A DNA stretch of 64,000 nt from Candidatus Nanoarchaeia archaeon (GTDB lineage Archaea; Nanobdellota; Nanobdellia; Woesearchaeales; GW2011-AR9): contig DATDYP010000005.1 of NCBI GenBank assembly GCA_035288985.1, forward strand, positions 1,444 to 65,443. The letters run 5' to 3'. The translations under genes and the position numbers were made by a program. The notes beneath the pieces are model-generated. The model had not been told where the DNA came from and ran no database searches. It worked only from the letters and a program-made list of their open reading frames with translations. Every line of letters starts with the position of its first letter. The first letter of the stretch is position 1. Positions 18,006 to 26,819 of the stretch are shown piece by piece.

Positions 18006-18482
18006 ATGAAAAAAGCTCTTTTTCTTTATGGACCATCTGGAGTCGGTAAAACCACTGTAGCCAGAATTTATTCCAGAAAACATGACTATAAACACTGCGA
18101 TGTAGACCAATTTGAACTAGTATATTCACCACATCGAAGCCCGACAAGAAGCGCTATTGCACAAAAATTATGTTATACCTATGCAAAAGAGCTGGTTAAG
18201 TATAAGCACAATATTCTTGTAGAAGCCCTCAAGCCTCAGTATAAAAAAAATCTAAAAAGAATATTGAGTAAAAATAATTATAGCATTCAGGAAGTTTCCC
18301 TCTGCGCCAGTATAGAACATTGTATCCAACGGGATTCTACTCGCACAGACCGTAAGTTCGGAGAAGAAGTGATTCGGGAAGTATATCTAAAATATTTTTC
18401 CAAGAAGGGGCATGTGATTGACGTTTCTGACAAAACTCCAAAGGAAGTCTTACAGGCTATTGAGCAAGTGTTAAAAGATTAA
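18006..18482 (+). CDS. P-loop NTPase/kinase (AAA_33 or zeta-toxin-like, putative)
   Basis: Walker A LYGPSGVGKTT at the N terminus. Small, kinase-sized protein. Confidence 0.5.
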   Translation: MKKALFLYGPSGVGKTTVARIYSRKHDYKHCDVDQFELVYSPHRSPTRSAIAQKLCYTYAKELVKYKHNILVEALKPQYKKNLKRILSKNNYSIQEVSLCASIEHCIQRDSTRTDRKFGEEVIREVYLKYFSKKGHVIDVSDKTPKEVLQAIEQVLKD

Positions 18483-18524
18483 TTCCAGAGATGAAGATAT
18501 TTGTGTCTAGGACCACACGCATAA

Positions 18525-18785
18525 TCATTTGGTGCGCACTCTTTTAATTGCTTCATCTACATCACTTGGATTCAATCCTTTCTTCCTAGCGAAGTCCCTT
18601 GTTTTTTTGAGCAATTTGCCAAAGCCTTTAAAAGATGGCACTTCCAACTTTTTTAATATGATAGTATCATCTTCTCCAATAACGACGAACTTCTCCCCAG
18701 AGTGGAGATGCAGTCTATTCCTGACCTCTTGAGGAATTACAACCTGTCCTCGTGAACTAAGGCTGGTAACTTCAAGCTTTTCCAT
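18525..18785 (-). CDS. AbrB/SpoVT/MazE-family DNA-binding protein (antitoxin-like)
   Basis: SSRGQVVIPQEVRNRLHLHSGEKFVVIGEDDTIILKK, a swapped-hairpin beta-barrel motif. Confidence 0.65.
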   Translation of the reverse strand: MEKLEVTSLSSRGQVVIPQEVRNRLHLHSGEKFVVIGEDDTIILKKLEVPSFKGFGKLLKKTRDFARKKGLNPSDVDEAIKRVRTK

Positions 18786-18899
18786 TTTTACATGCCTCCA
18801 GATAAGTATATCTTACTAATAAGAACATCTTATATTTAAATCTTTGCTCCTAAAAATTACACCAAAACTATTATAAAACAACCATTAAATTGTACAACA

Positions 18900-19220
18900 A
18901 TGATACGTCTTTACCACCATCAGCGGACAAATGACATCGGAACAACAACTGCACACGGTTTTGCACTACTGGATGTTAAACCGCTGGAAGCTCCGAGACC
19001 TATTGTACTGCGCAGAAACCCGACGAATAAGGGTAATGAACTAGAGCGGAAAGCAGAAGAAGCCGCCAGGCGTTATGAAACAAGTGAGGTACAGGTTGGC
19101 TACACATTAAGCCCAGCCGGCATGCCAGCCAGAGATGCGGCTAGAGAGGTAAGGCTCGATGTCTATGCCCTGCAGATATACCAGATTCTAGACGTGAGAG
19201 GATATATAGAAGTACAATGA
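18900..19220 (+). CDS. Hypothetical protein (106 aa), 4-nt overlap with the downstream AAA+ activator gene
   Basis: ORF; ATGA overlap at 19217-19220. Confidence 0.35.
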   Translation: MIRLYHHQRTNDIGTTTAHGFALLDVKPLEAPRPIVLRRNPTNKGNELERKAEEAARRYETSEVQVGYTLSPAGMPARDAAREVRLDVYALQIYQILDVRGYIEVQ

Positions 19221-20194
19221 CCGAACCACATTACGGAATGATTGGACAAAGCGAAGCGATGCTGAGAGTGTTTAAGGATATTGATAAAATTACGGAAAAA
19301 GGAGTTGGCGCACCTCTTTTCATCGTCGGCGAGACCGGAACTGGAAAGGAATTAGTGGCAAAAGCGATTCACGATTACGGAGCGCGGCAGAAAGGTAGAT
19401 TTTTCCCTGTTGACTCTTCATGCATCAACGGCGAGATTGCAGAATCCCTGCTCTTTGGCCATACACGGGGTTCATTTACTGGAGCAATGGCTAACCAAGA
19501 AGGATACTTTCAAGCTGCAAGACGAGGAACATTATTTTTAGATGAAATAGGCAACCTTCCTTTATCCATCCAGGCCAAACTACTACGAGCCTTGGAATAT
19601 GGATACACTGCTGTCGGGAGCCATACTGAGGAAAAAGCTGATTTCCAGCTGATCACGGCATCAAACAGATCTCTCACGGAACTAGTCAGAACAGGAGAGT
19701 TTAGAGAAGATCTCTATTACAGGATAGCGGGGCACACCATCTCTCTTCCGCCGCTCCGGGAACGGCGAGGTGATGTTGAAGTGCTGGCCGACTATTTCCT
19801 GGAACAGTACAACACCGGGATGGAAATAAGTCCGGCAGCAATGAATCTCCTTAACTCCTACTACTGGCCGGGAAACGTGCGACAGCTTCGTAATGTCATG
19901 GAAATTGCCGTGATAAAAGCGGAAGGCACTGTTATAGAAGCTGGAGATATAGAATCACAATTAGAAAAAACAGAGGGCCTAGAAGGAATCGAAGAAGAAA
20001 TTACCCTTACGGCAATAATAGAGAGAGCGTTTCCGAGCAGTGATCCCTCAAAACTTCCTACCCTAGATCAAATTGAGCGTTGTTATACTGATCGTGTATT
20101 AAAAGCAACTGGATACAGCAAAACAGATGCTGCAAAAATTCTGAAGATATCTATACGCACTCTGCAGCACTGGGCCAAGTGCCGCTCAGAGTAA
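19217..20194 (+). CDS. Sigma-54-interaction-domain AAA+ transcriptional activator (bacterial enhancer-binding-protein type) lacking a sensor domain
   Basis: Walker A GETGTGKE, ESLLFGH, GSFTGA (GAFTGA-like loop), Walker B LFLDEIG, NVRQLRN. C-terminal Fis-type HTH AAKILKISIRTLQHW. Confidence 0.8.
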   Translation: MTEPHYGMIGQSEAMLRVFKDIDKITEKGVGAPLFIVGETGTGKELVAKAIHDYGARQKGRFFPVDSSCINGEIAESLLFGHTRGSFTGAMANQEGYFQAARRGTLFLDEIGNLPLSIQAKLLRALEYGYTAVGSHTEEKADFQLITASNRSLTELVRTGEFREDLYYRIAGHTISLPPLRERRGDVEVLADYFLEQYNTGMEISPAAMNLLNSYYWPGNVRQLRNVMEIAVIKAEGTVIEAGDIESQLEKTEGLEGIEEEITLTAIIERAFPSSDPSKLPTLDQIERCYTDRVLKATGYSKTDAAKILKISIRTLQHWAKCRSE

Positions 20195-20264
20195 GATGAC
20201 AGCAAATCATTTTTTTCAACTTCATAGAGAAAAATAATATAAATAAACAACCCTATTCCCATAA

Positions 20265-20507
20265 ATGTTAAACCGCATCAAACAAAAACTGGAAGCAGCC
20301 TTTCCGGGAGCAAAAGTGCAGATAGCTGACACCAGCGCTGGGCATGAAACTCACAACTCTTCAGGAGCGCATCTTGCGGTAGTAGTTACATACAAAGGCT
20401 TCGCCGGAAAAAGTTTGGTCGAACAGCACCAGATGGTCTATAATGCCTTGAAAGAAGAGATGAAAGAGCAAGTACATGCCTTGAAAATCAAGACCGGGAC
20501 ACCCTAA
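20265..20507 (+). CDS. bolA: BolA family protein
   Basis: SGAHLAVVVTYKGFAGKSLVEQHQMVYNAL, the typical BolA core. Adjacent to a monothiol glutaredoxin. Confidence 0.7.
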   Translation: MLNRIKQKLEAAFPGAKVQIADTSAGHETHNSSGAHLAVVVTYKGFAGKSLVEQHQMVYNALKEEMKEQVHALKIKTGTP

Positions 20508-20508
20508 A

Positions 20509-20820
20509 ATGAACCCAGAAACAAAAAAAATAATTGAAGAAAAGATCAACTCCGTCAACGTATTTTTATTTATGAAAGGCACGCCTGAAGATCCGCAGTG
20601 CGGCTTCTCTGCGCAGGTAGTAAGCATTCTCGAAGACTTAGGAATAGAATTCGGATCATTTGACGTACTTTCAGACGAAAACATCAGACAAGGAGTTAAA
20701 GAATACGCCAATTGGCCGACCATTCCTCAGCTATATATCAATGGCAAATTCATCGGCGGCTGTGATATTGTGCGAGAATTAGCTGCTTCTGGAGAATTGC
20801 AGGGATTGGTCGTGAAATGA
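20509..20820 (+). CDS. grxD: Monothiol glutaredoxin (Grx4/GrxD type)
   Basis: FMKGTPEDPQCGFS active site, WPTIPQLYING. Confidence 0.85.
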   Translation: MNPETKKIIEEKINSVNVFLFMKGTPEDPQCGFSAQVVSILEDLGIEFGSFDVLSDENIRQGVKEYANWPTIPQLYINGKFIGGCDIVRELAASGELQGLVVK

Positions 20821-21896
20821 AATTTAACAAAGACGATTATATGCTCAGTTTTTCAGTTGAAGGAGTTAGTGTTTTTGTTACAGATGTACACAGAGAAGCT
20901 TATGCAGAATTAGAAGTGCTATACATTATTGACCGTGGTTTGTTTAAACAATACTTCACTAAAAAAGCATTTCAACGCGCTCTTGATAACGGCTTAAAAT
21001 TTTATAGTAATAAGTCTACTTTTGACAGTTTTCAAAAAGAATTGAATGATCATTGCAAAAAATTTAAACTATTCTTTGAATCAGATATAAAAAGAAAAGA
21101 TACCATCTCTTCAGAAACACTGCAAAAATTCTTTGATTATACCACTAAATTATGTAAAGAATATGCTAAAATGAATTTTGAATATATCGATAAGGCATTC
21201 ACCTTTAAAGACAAAAACATGGTTATTGAAGAGAATCTCAAAACAATCACCACATTAAAAGATGAAATCCGCGCTTTTATGAATACCGTCCTTTTTGAGG
21301 AAGAAGGATACGCACTTCACGTTTTTAAAATTTTAAGTGATCAGTTTTCTATAGAGAAACAACTGCCAGAGAATCTGACCCAAAAAGAATTACTAGATTT
21401 ATTTGAAGGAAAAAATCCTAACAACGAAGCTGCCCTAAAAAGACAAGAGGCATTTATTTCCACCTACGATAATCCCTTGCCATATGAAGGAGATACCGCA
21501 AGAGTGATTGCTAAACAGTTTGAAGAGAGAGCAATGAATACAAATCAAATAATTGGACAAACTGCCAGCCAAGGAAAGATTTCTGGAAGAGTCAAAATTA
21601 TTCCTGTTAATTATGGAGATCTGGCCGGAATGAATAAGGAAATTGGGAAAATGCAACAGGGGGATATTTTGGTAGCAAAAACAACAGCTCCTGAGTTAAT
21701 CGTAGCTTGTAGAAAGGCTGGTGCTATCGTAACAGACATGGGTGGATTACTTTCTCATGCTGCCATTGTTAGTCGTGAGTTTGGCATCCCTTGCATCGTT
21801 GGAACAGGTAATGCTACCTCAATTCTCAAGGACGGAGATCAAGTAGAAGTAGATGCTACTAACGGAATTGTTAAAATAACTAAGAAAGCAGAATAA
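20817..21896 (+). CDS. PEP-utilising-enzyme mobile (swivelling phosphohistidine) domain protein with unknown N-terminal region
   Basis: C-terminal GDILVAKTTAPELI...TDMGGLLSHAAIVSREFGIPCIVG. No ATP-grasp or PEP-binding domain seen. Confidence 0.55.
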   Translation: MKFNKDDYMLSFSVEGVSVFVTDVHREAYAELEVLYIIDRGLFKQYFTKKAFQRALDNGLKFYSNKSTFDSFQKELNDHCKKFKLFFESDIKRKDTISSETLQKFFDYTTKLCKEYAKMNFEYIDKAFTFKDKNMVIEENLKTITTLKDEIRAFMNTVLFEEEGYALHVFKILSDQFSIEKQLPENLTQKELLDLFEGKNPNNEAALKRQEAFISTYDNPLPYEGDTARVIAKQFEERAMNTNQIIGQTASQGKISGRVKIIPVNYGDLAGMNKEIGKMQQGDILVAKTTAPELIVACRKAGAIVTDMGGLLSHAAIVSREFGIPCIVGTGNATSILKDGDQVEVDATNGIVKITKKAE

Positions 21897-21976
21897 AGGA
21901 TATAACAAAAAAAACTTTTCTTCCCTACTCAGAATTCACAAGCTTCTTAAAGGAAAATTGCCCATATTAACGTAAG

Positions 21977-23080
21977 ATGTGCGGCATTATAGGCTATATT
22001 GGTGAAAAAGAGGCTAATGATATTCTAATCCAAGGCTTGGAACGTTTAGAATACCGGGGATATGATTCTGACTTAATATCCTCTGAGAACCGATTTTCTT
22101 ATAAAAGGACAGGATCAAATCAAAATATGAATTATGATGTTCAAAAATTGAAGGATATTCAACCATCAGAAGAGGGCATGAATATCTTAAATTTTATGAA
22201 TCCAGAAGATTATTATTGTCGGATTTCTCTATCATTTCAAAAAATTTTAGAACAGAAAATCACTAATTATACAAAAATCGGAAAAACAGTAAATGTATCA
22301 CGTGCAACCATAGCAAGAATATCTACTGTCGAAAATTATTGGATGAATTTTGAAACATTATTAGTATTAGCTAGTTTTCTAAATATCACTAAAAATGAGA
22401 TTTTTGATAATATTACTTCAATTAAAACCCATAATTCTTTCCCGGTTTATTTCAATCTTAAGAATCTCAAATCCCCAGCTTTGTTTAGAATAATAGGCCA
22501 TATTTTAGGCGATGGAGGGATTCATGTTGCTGAAAAAGCAGGCAGATTTAAAGCGTTTTACACAAACAATAAAAAGGAACTGATAGATTCTTTTTCTCAA
22601 GACGTGAAAGAAATATTTGGAGAATTTAAATTATATCATAGAATAAGAGCATCTCAGGTGAATGAGATCTGGTTACCAACGACGATCGGGACTATCTTTT
22701 ACAACATTATGAATTATGAAGTTCTCAATAAGAAAAAAAGAATTCCTAAGTTTATATTTGAAACTCATGATAAATATTTATTAGGGACATTTCTCCAAGC
22801 TTTATACGATGATGAAGGCTATCTCTACCCAGAAAAAAGAATGATAGTGATTGCTCAAAAAAGCAGAGATCTGATTGATGATATTCGACAAGTAGTAATA
22901 AAATTAGGGATTAGACCTAATCAAATATTAATACATCGATCAAAAAATAGAACAACAATGTATTATTTTTCTATAACTCACAGAGACAATTTTAAAATTT
23001 TTAATGAGTATATTGGATTCAAGCATCCAGTAAAGATAAAGAAACTAGAAATGTTAATGAAAAAATATGAGGAACAGTAA
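21977..23080 (+). CDS. LAGLIDADG homing endonuclease (two-motif type) fused in frame to a diverged copy of glmS codons 1-31
   Basis: Starts [31 protein letters not shown] (glmS-like), then an HTH-like [27 protein letters not shown] motifs [11 protein letters not shown] and [12 protein letters not shown]. Strongly AT-rich. Confidence 0.7.
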   Translation: MCGIIGYIGEKEANDILIQGLERLEYRGYDSDLISSENRFSYKRTGSNQNMNYDVQKLKDIQPSEEGMNILNFMNPEDYYCRISLSFQKILEQKITNYTKIGKTVNVSRATIARISTVENYWMNFETLLVLASFLNITKNEIFDNITSIKTHNSFPVYFNLKNLKSPALFRIIGHILGDGGIHVAEKAGRFKAFYTNNKKELIDSFSQDVKEIFGEFKLYHRIRASQVNEIWLPTTIGTIFYNIMNYEVLNKKKRIPKFIFETHDKYLLGTFLQALYDDEGYLYPEKRMIVIAQKSRDLIDDIRQVVIKLGIRPNQILIHRSKNRTTMYYFSITHRDNFKIFNEYIGFKHPVKIKKLEMLMKKYEEQ

Positions 23081-23082
23081 AT

Positions 23083-24822
23083 ATGTGTGGAATAATAGGA
23101 TACATTGGAGATAAGAATAGCGTTGAGATAATAATAGATGGACTAAAAAAACTTGAATATAGAGGATACGATTCTTGGGGTATTGTAGTCCAAAATGAAA
23201 AGAAACTCTTAATAAAAAAGGAAGCAGGAAAAATAAGTGATATTAACTCCTCAACTACAAAACTTCCAGATAGTGGAATCGCAATAGGGCATACAAGATG
23301 GGCAACGACAGGAAAAGTTACTAACGAAAACGCCCATCCCTTCACCGACCAATCCAAGCAATTTGCAGTTGTGCATAATGGCATCATCGAGAATTATCTG
23401 GAACTGAAAGAAGAGCTTAGAAAAGAAGGAGTGGAATTCTCATCAGATACTGATTCTGAAGTGATTGTTCATCTGGTCGCAAAAAATTTTGCTGGAAATC
23501 TCAAGGAAGCAGTGCTGAAAACTATCAAAAAATTACAAGGGGCGTATGCCTTCTGCATTCTCAAAAATGATTCACAAGAGATCATCGGCGCCAGAAATGG
23601 AAGTCCTTTAGTCATCGGCATGGGCAAAAAAGAAAATTTCTTTGCCTCTGATGTTTCTGCTATTATCGAACATACTAGAGATGTTATTTACCTTAATGAT
23701 TTTCAGGTTGCCAGAATAACAAAAGACAATGTTGAAGTGTATAATTTCCAAGGCGAAGAGGAACCTCTCGATGTTCGCGAGGTTAACTGGACTTTAGAAA
23801 AAGCGCAGAAACAAGGCTACAAGCATTTCATGCTCAAAGAGATCTTTGAACAGCCAGAAGTGGTGCGGGAAACGCTGAAAGTTCCTCTGAATGTCACTAT
23901 CAATTTCTCACGGATTATTGTGGTAGCCTGCGGAACGGCCAGTTATGCTGGATTGGTGGGAAAATATATCATTGAAGAAGTAGCTAAAATTCCTGTTGTC
24001 TATGAAATTGCTTCAGAATTCAGGTATAAAGAGCCTCTTCTGGACAATAAGGATCTGGTCGTAGTCATTTCCCAAAGCGGGGAAACTGCTGATACCCTTG
24101 CTGCCGTGAGATTAGCGAAAGAAAAAGGCGCAAAAACGTTGGGCATCATTAACGTTGTTGACAGCACTATCGCCAGAGAAGTTAATGAAAGGATCTACAC
24201 CAGGGCTGGGCCGGAAATTGGCGTGGCCTCAACCAAAGCCTTCATCTCCCAATTGATAATCATGTATAAATTAGCTTTCCATCTAGCCGGAAAAGAATTT
24301 AATAGCGCAGTGATTGAGCCAAAAATAAAAGAAGTCCTCGCCAAACACGAAGAGATCAAGCAACTGGCGCAGAAATACTGCTTATACCAAAACTTCCTCT
24401 ACATCGGCAGAAACAGGAATTTCCCCTTAGCCTTGGAAGGAGCCTTAAAGTTAAAAGAAATTTCCTATATCCATGCCGAAGCCTACCCTGCTGGAGAATT
24501 GAAACACGGCCCTATCGCTTTGGTTTCAGAAGAGATGCCTACGCTTGCGATCTGCCCTCGCGATTCCGTCTATGCCAAAACCTTCAGCAACATTGAGGAG
24601 ATCAAAGCCCGGGAAGGGAAAGTGATTACTATCGCTACGGAAGGGGATCAAGAAATCAGAAAAGTAAGTAATGATGTTATTTACATCCCTAAAGTTGATG
24701 AAATATTGTATCCTTTGCTGTGCACGATTCCACTGCAATTGTTTGCGTATTATATTGCGGACATGAAGGAATGCGATGTTGACAAGCCGAGGAATCTGGC
24801 TAAGTCTGTAACAGTAGAATAA
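23083..24822 (+). CDS. glmS: Glutamine--fructose-6-phosphate aminotransferase (isomerising)
   Basis: N-terminal MCGIIGY (Cys nucleophile), RWATTG, two SIS domains, C-terminal AKSVTVE. 579 aa. Confidence 0.95.
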   Translation: MCGIIGYIGDKNSVEIIIDGLKKLEYRGYDSWGIVVQNEKKLLIKKEAGKISDINSSTTKLPDSGIAIGHTRWATTGKVTNENAHPFTDQSKQFAVVHNGIIENYLELKEELRKEGVEFSSDTDSEVIVHLVAKNFAGNLKEAVLKTIKKLQGAYAFCILKNDSQEIIGARNGSPLVIGMGKKENFFASDVSAIIEHTRDVIYLNDFQVARITKDNVEVYNFQGEEEPLDVREVNWTLEKAQKQGYKHFMLKEIFEQPEVVRETLKVPLNVTINFSRIIVVACGTASYAGLVGKYIIEEVAKIPVVYEIASEFRYKEPLLDNKDLVVVISQSGETADTLAAVRLAKEKGAKTLGIINVVDSTIAREVNERIYTRAGPEIGVASTKAFISQLIIMYKLAFHLAGKEFNSAVIEPKIKEVLAKHEEIKQLAQKYCLYQNFLYIGRNRNFPLALEGALKLKEISYIHAEAYPAGELKHGPIALVSEEMPTLAICPRDSVYAKTFSNIEEIKAREGKVITIATEGDQEIRKVSNDVIYIPKVDEILYPLLCTIPLQLFAYYIADMKECDVDKPRNLAKSVTVE

Positions 24823-24868
24823 ATCTTCCAAGGTAAGTTTTTTAAAACACCATCATCTTCTGTCCCTT

Positions 24869-25105
24869 ATGGATCTAGAAGAAAGGGCTATGTACAGTAC
24901 GTTGGGAGTTATTGCTCCTATAGCCATGTTTGCGATATTAAATGCCGCTGCATACAAACAAACGATGCAGATATTAGAAAGTGGGACGCACCCCGCTGTA
25001 CATCGGATAACGTGGGAGCACTGGAGAGACTTATCCCCTGGATATACTTTCATGTACTATGCAACGATGCCTGGCAGGGAGCTGGCTTTTAGACAATACG
25101 AATGA
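24869..25105 (+). CDS. Hypothetical small protein (78 aa), possibly membrane
   Basis: ORF with a hydrophobic stretch LGVIAPIAMFAILNAAA. Confidence 0.3.
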   Translation: MDLEERAMYSTLGVIAPIAMFAILNAAAYKQTMQILESGTHPAVHRITWEHWRDLSPGYTFMYYATMPGRELAFRQYE

Positions 25106-25115
25106 GACCGAAAAA

Positions 25116-25808
25116 ATGAAAAGAACTGATCGCATTGATCTCGGTAAATCTGTACGGAGGATAAAAGAAGATCTTCAGGCACAAGGTACAGGACGGCTAG
25201 CCTGTGACATCGATGACACGATAGCAAAAACATCAGATGCATATCATGACTTGCTGTCAAGACAATTTCCTCCTCCGGAAGCGCTCACCAAAGACAGCCT
25301 GAGAAAACATTACGCCTTAACCGGAAGGATTCTTCATTGGGGAGATATTCCAGAAGCTAACGCCTTTGCCTATGAGTTCATTGATGATCCTCACTTTCAT
25401 GCCCAAATGGACCCGCTGGACGGAGCAATCGCAGGAACGCAGGAATTATGGCTGCAACAGCGCCTTGCCTGTTATCTTACGGTAAGATCAGAAGCGATGA
25501 GAAGTGAAACAGAATGCTGGTTTTCAAGATATGACTTACCCACCTTACCGCTGGCTATGCGAGATGCTGCGCATTCAGCAAGCAATGCCCAATGGAAGGC
25601 TGCTGCTCTGGAATATCTTTTTCCTGAAGTGCAGGGAATCATTGATAATGACGCGCGTATTGCACGGTTGTTAGAAGAACAGGGATACCGGGGAAAGGTG
25701 TTCTTATTAGGGTTAAATGAACATGAATATGCTCCTTCAAACATCGTAACTCCGATAGAAGATTGGGCGGAATTGACACGGGTAATTCTGGATATGTTCC
25801 CAGAATAA
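25116..25808 (+). CDS. HAD-superfamily hydrolase-like protein (putative)
   Basis: LACDIDDTIAKT gives the DxDxT motif I. Start is uncertain (ORF opens at 25059). Confidence 0.4.
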   Translation: MKRTDRIDLGKSVRRIKEDLQAQGTGRLACDIDDTIAKTSDAYHDLLSRQFPPPEALTKDSLRKHYALTGRILHWGDIPEANAFAYEFIDDPHFHAQMDPLDGAIAGTQELWLQQRLACYLTVRSEAMRSETECWFSRYDLPTLPLAMRDAAHSASNAQWKAAALEYLFPEVQGIIDNDARIARLLEEQGYRGKVFLLGLNEHEYAPSNIVTPIEDWAELTRVILDMFPE

Positions 25809-25974
25809 TGTACTCCTTTGCGAATGAATGATGGCGGGCCGTAGTGGTTTTCTCTGTTTTTTGTATATAAGAGATGGTATAAAGGTTGGGGGGAAGCAAG
25901 TATTAATATTTCAAATTTATAGAAATAATAATTACTCAGATAATTTTATATATTACCTAAAGAGAAATAACATT

Positions 25975-26787
25975 ATGCTGAATAGTAGGAAACGAAAAAA
26001 AACAAGTCCAACAAAAATAGATAAGTATCAGATTAAAAAATCAAAGTATGGTCCTGTTGGATTGATACGTGAGAATAAAGGACTAACATCAACCTCCAAA
26101 AACTTTAATAGATGGTTTCTTAAAAAATTTCCAACAGAAAGGGATGCTCATTTTTTCAGCCACGTTTATCATTCACGGTTTGGCCAGTTTGGAAGATTGT
26201 TTCAATTTTATATTGAACTTTATGAATATCTTGACATATCATCAAGTGATGTCTCCCATTTAAAACAACTCTACTATTCCTTAGAAAATAGTGATGCTAA
26301 TAGAAAAAAAGAAGATTTCAAAAGGAATTTTCTTTTTCTTTTACGAAAATTAGAAGAAACTGATGAGAACATTTATTCTCGACTAAAAGATTTTTATAAT
26401 ATTGAATGTTATAGAATCAGTGAAGGGATGAACTGTTTAAGTAGCCGATGTAATCTTGCTGCTGTTGTAATGATTGTTTCTGCTGTAGAGAATAGATTAC
26501 ATAAAGTAATAGAAAAAAAAGAAAAGTCCTTGTACGAAAAGGAATTTAAAAAAGCAACTTTAGGTAGCATAATAGAGTTGTGGCGAAAAGATACTCGCTA
26601 TAAAGATCCTAAATATGATCGATTAAAAAATATCCTTCCTGAAAAACACAACCACTTAATCGAAGTTCTAAATACATATAGAATATTTTCTGCACATGCA
26701 AAAGAAGAGTTTATTTCTTCACAAATGGCAAAAGCAATAATTCTACTCTCCTTTTTATTACTGATGGACAAAAGCCTAAGAATTTAA
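25975..26787 (+). CDS. Hypothetical protein with C-terminal HEPN-like Rx4H motif (putative)
   Basis: NTYRIFSAHAKEE contains R-x4-H. AT-rich islet. TATA-like taattttatatatt about 20 nt upstream of ATG 25975. Confidence 0.3.
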   Translation: MLNSRKRKKTSPTKIDKYQIKKSKYGPVGLIRENKGLTSTSKNFNRWFLKKFPTERDAHFFSHVYHSRFGQFGRLFQFYIELYEYLDISSSDVSHLKQLYYSLENSDANRKKEDFKRNFLFLLRKLEETDENIYSRLKDFYNIECYRISEGMNCLSSRCNLAAVVMIVSAVENRLHKVIEKKEKSLYEKEFKKATLGSIIELWRKDTRYKDPKYDRLKNILPEKHNHLIEVLNTYRIFSAHAKEEFISSQMAKAIILLSFLLLMDKSLRI

Positions 26788-26819
26788 TCAGGAAAATTTC
26801 TACTTTTCGATGCCAGGGT

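Noticed and set aside
21977-23080. Possibility that the endonuclease ORF is a bona fide intein within GlmS
   Set aside because: The ORF ends in a TAA stop with no His-Asn C-terminal junction. No Hint N-terminal block was recognised after RGYDS, and a complete glmS with its own ATG-Cys follows. It is treated instead as a free-standing or decayed homing endonuclease (see findings).
25829-25842. The 14-mer tgatggcgggccgt is shared with the 5' arm of the structured region at 45729-45742. This raised the possibility of a solo half-element marking the border of the AT-rich HEPN islet.
   Set aside because: No matching 3' arm (gccatca...) is present nearby. By my estimate several exact 14-mer coincidences are expected by chance among all position pairs in 64 kb, so this is not significant on its own.
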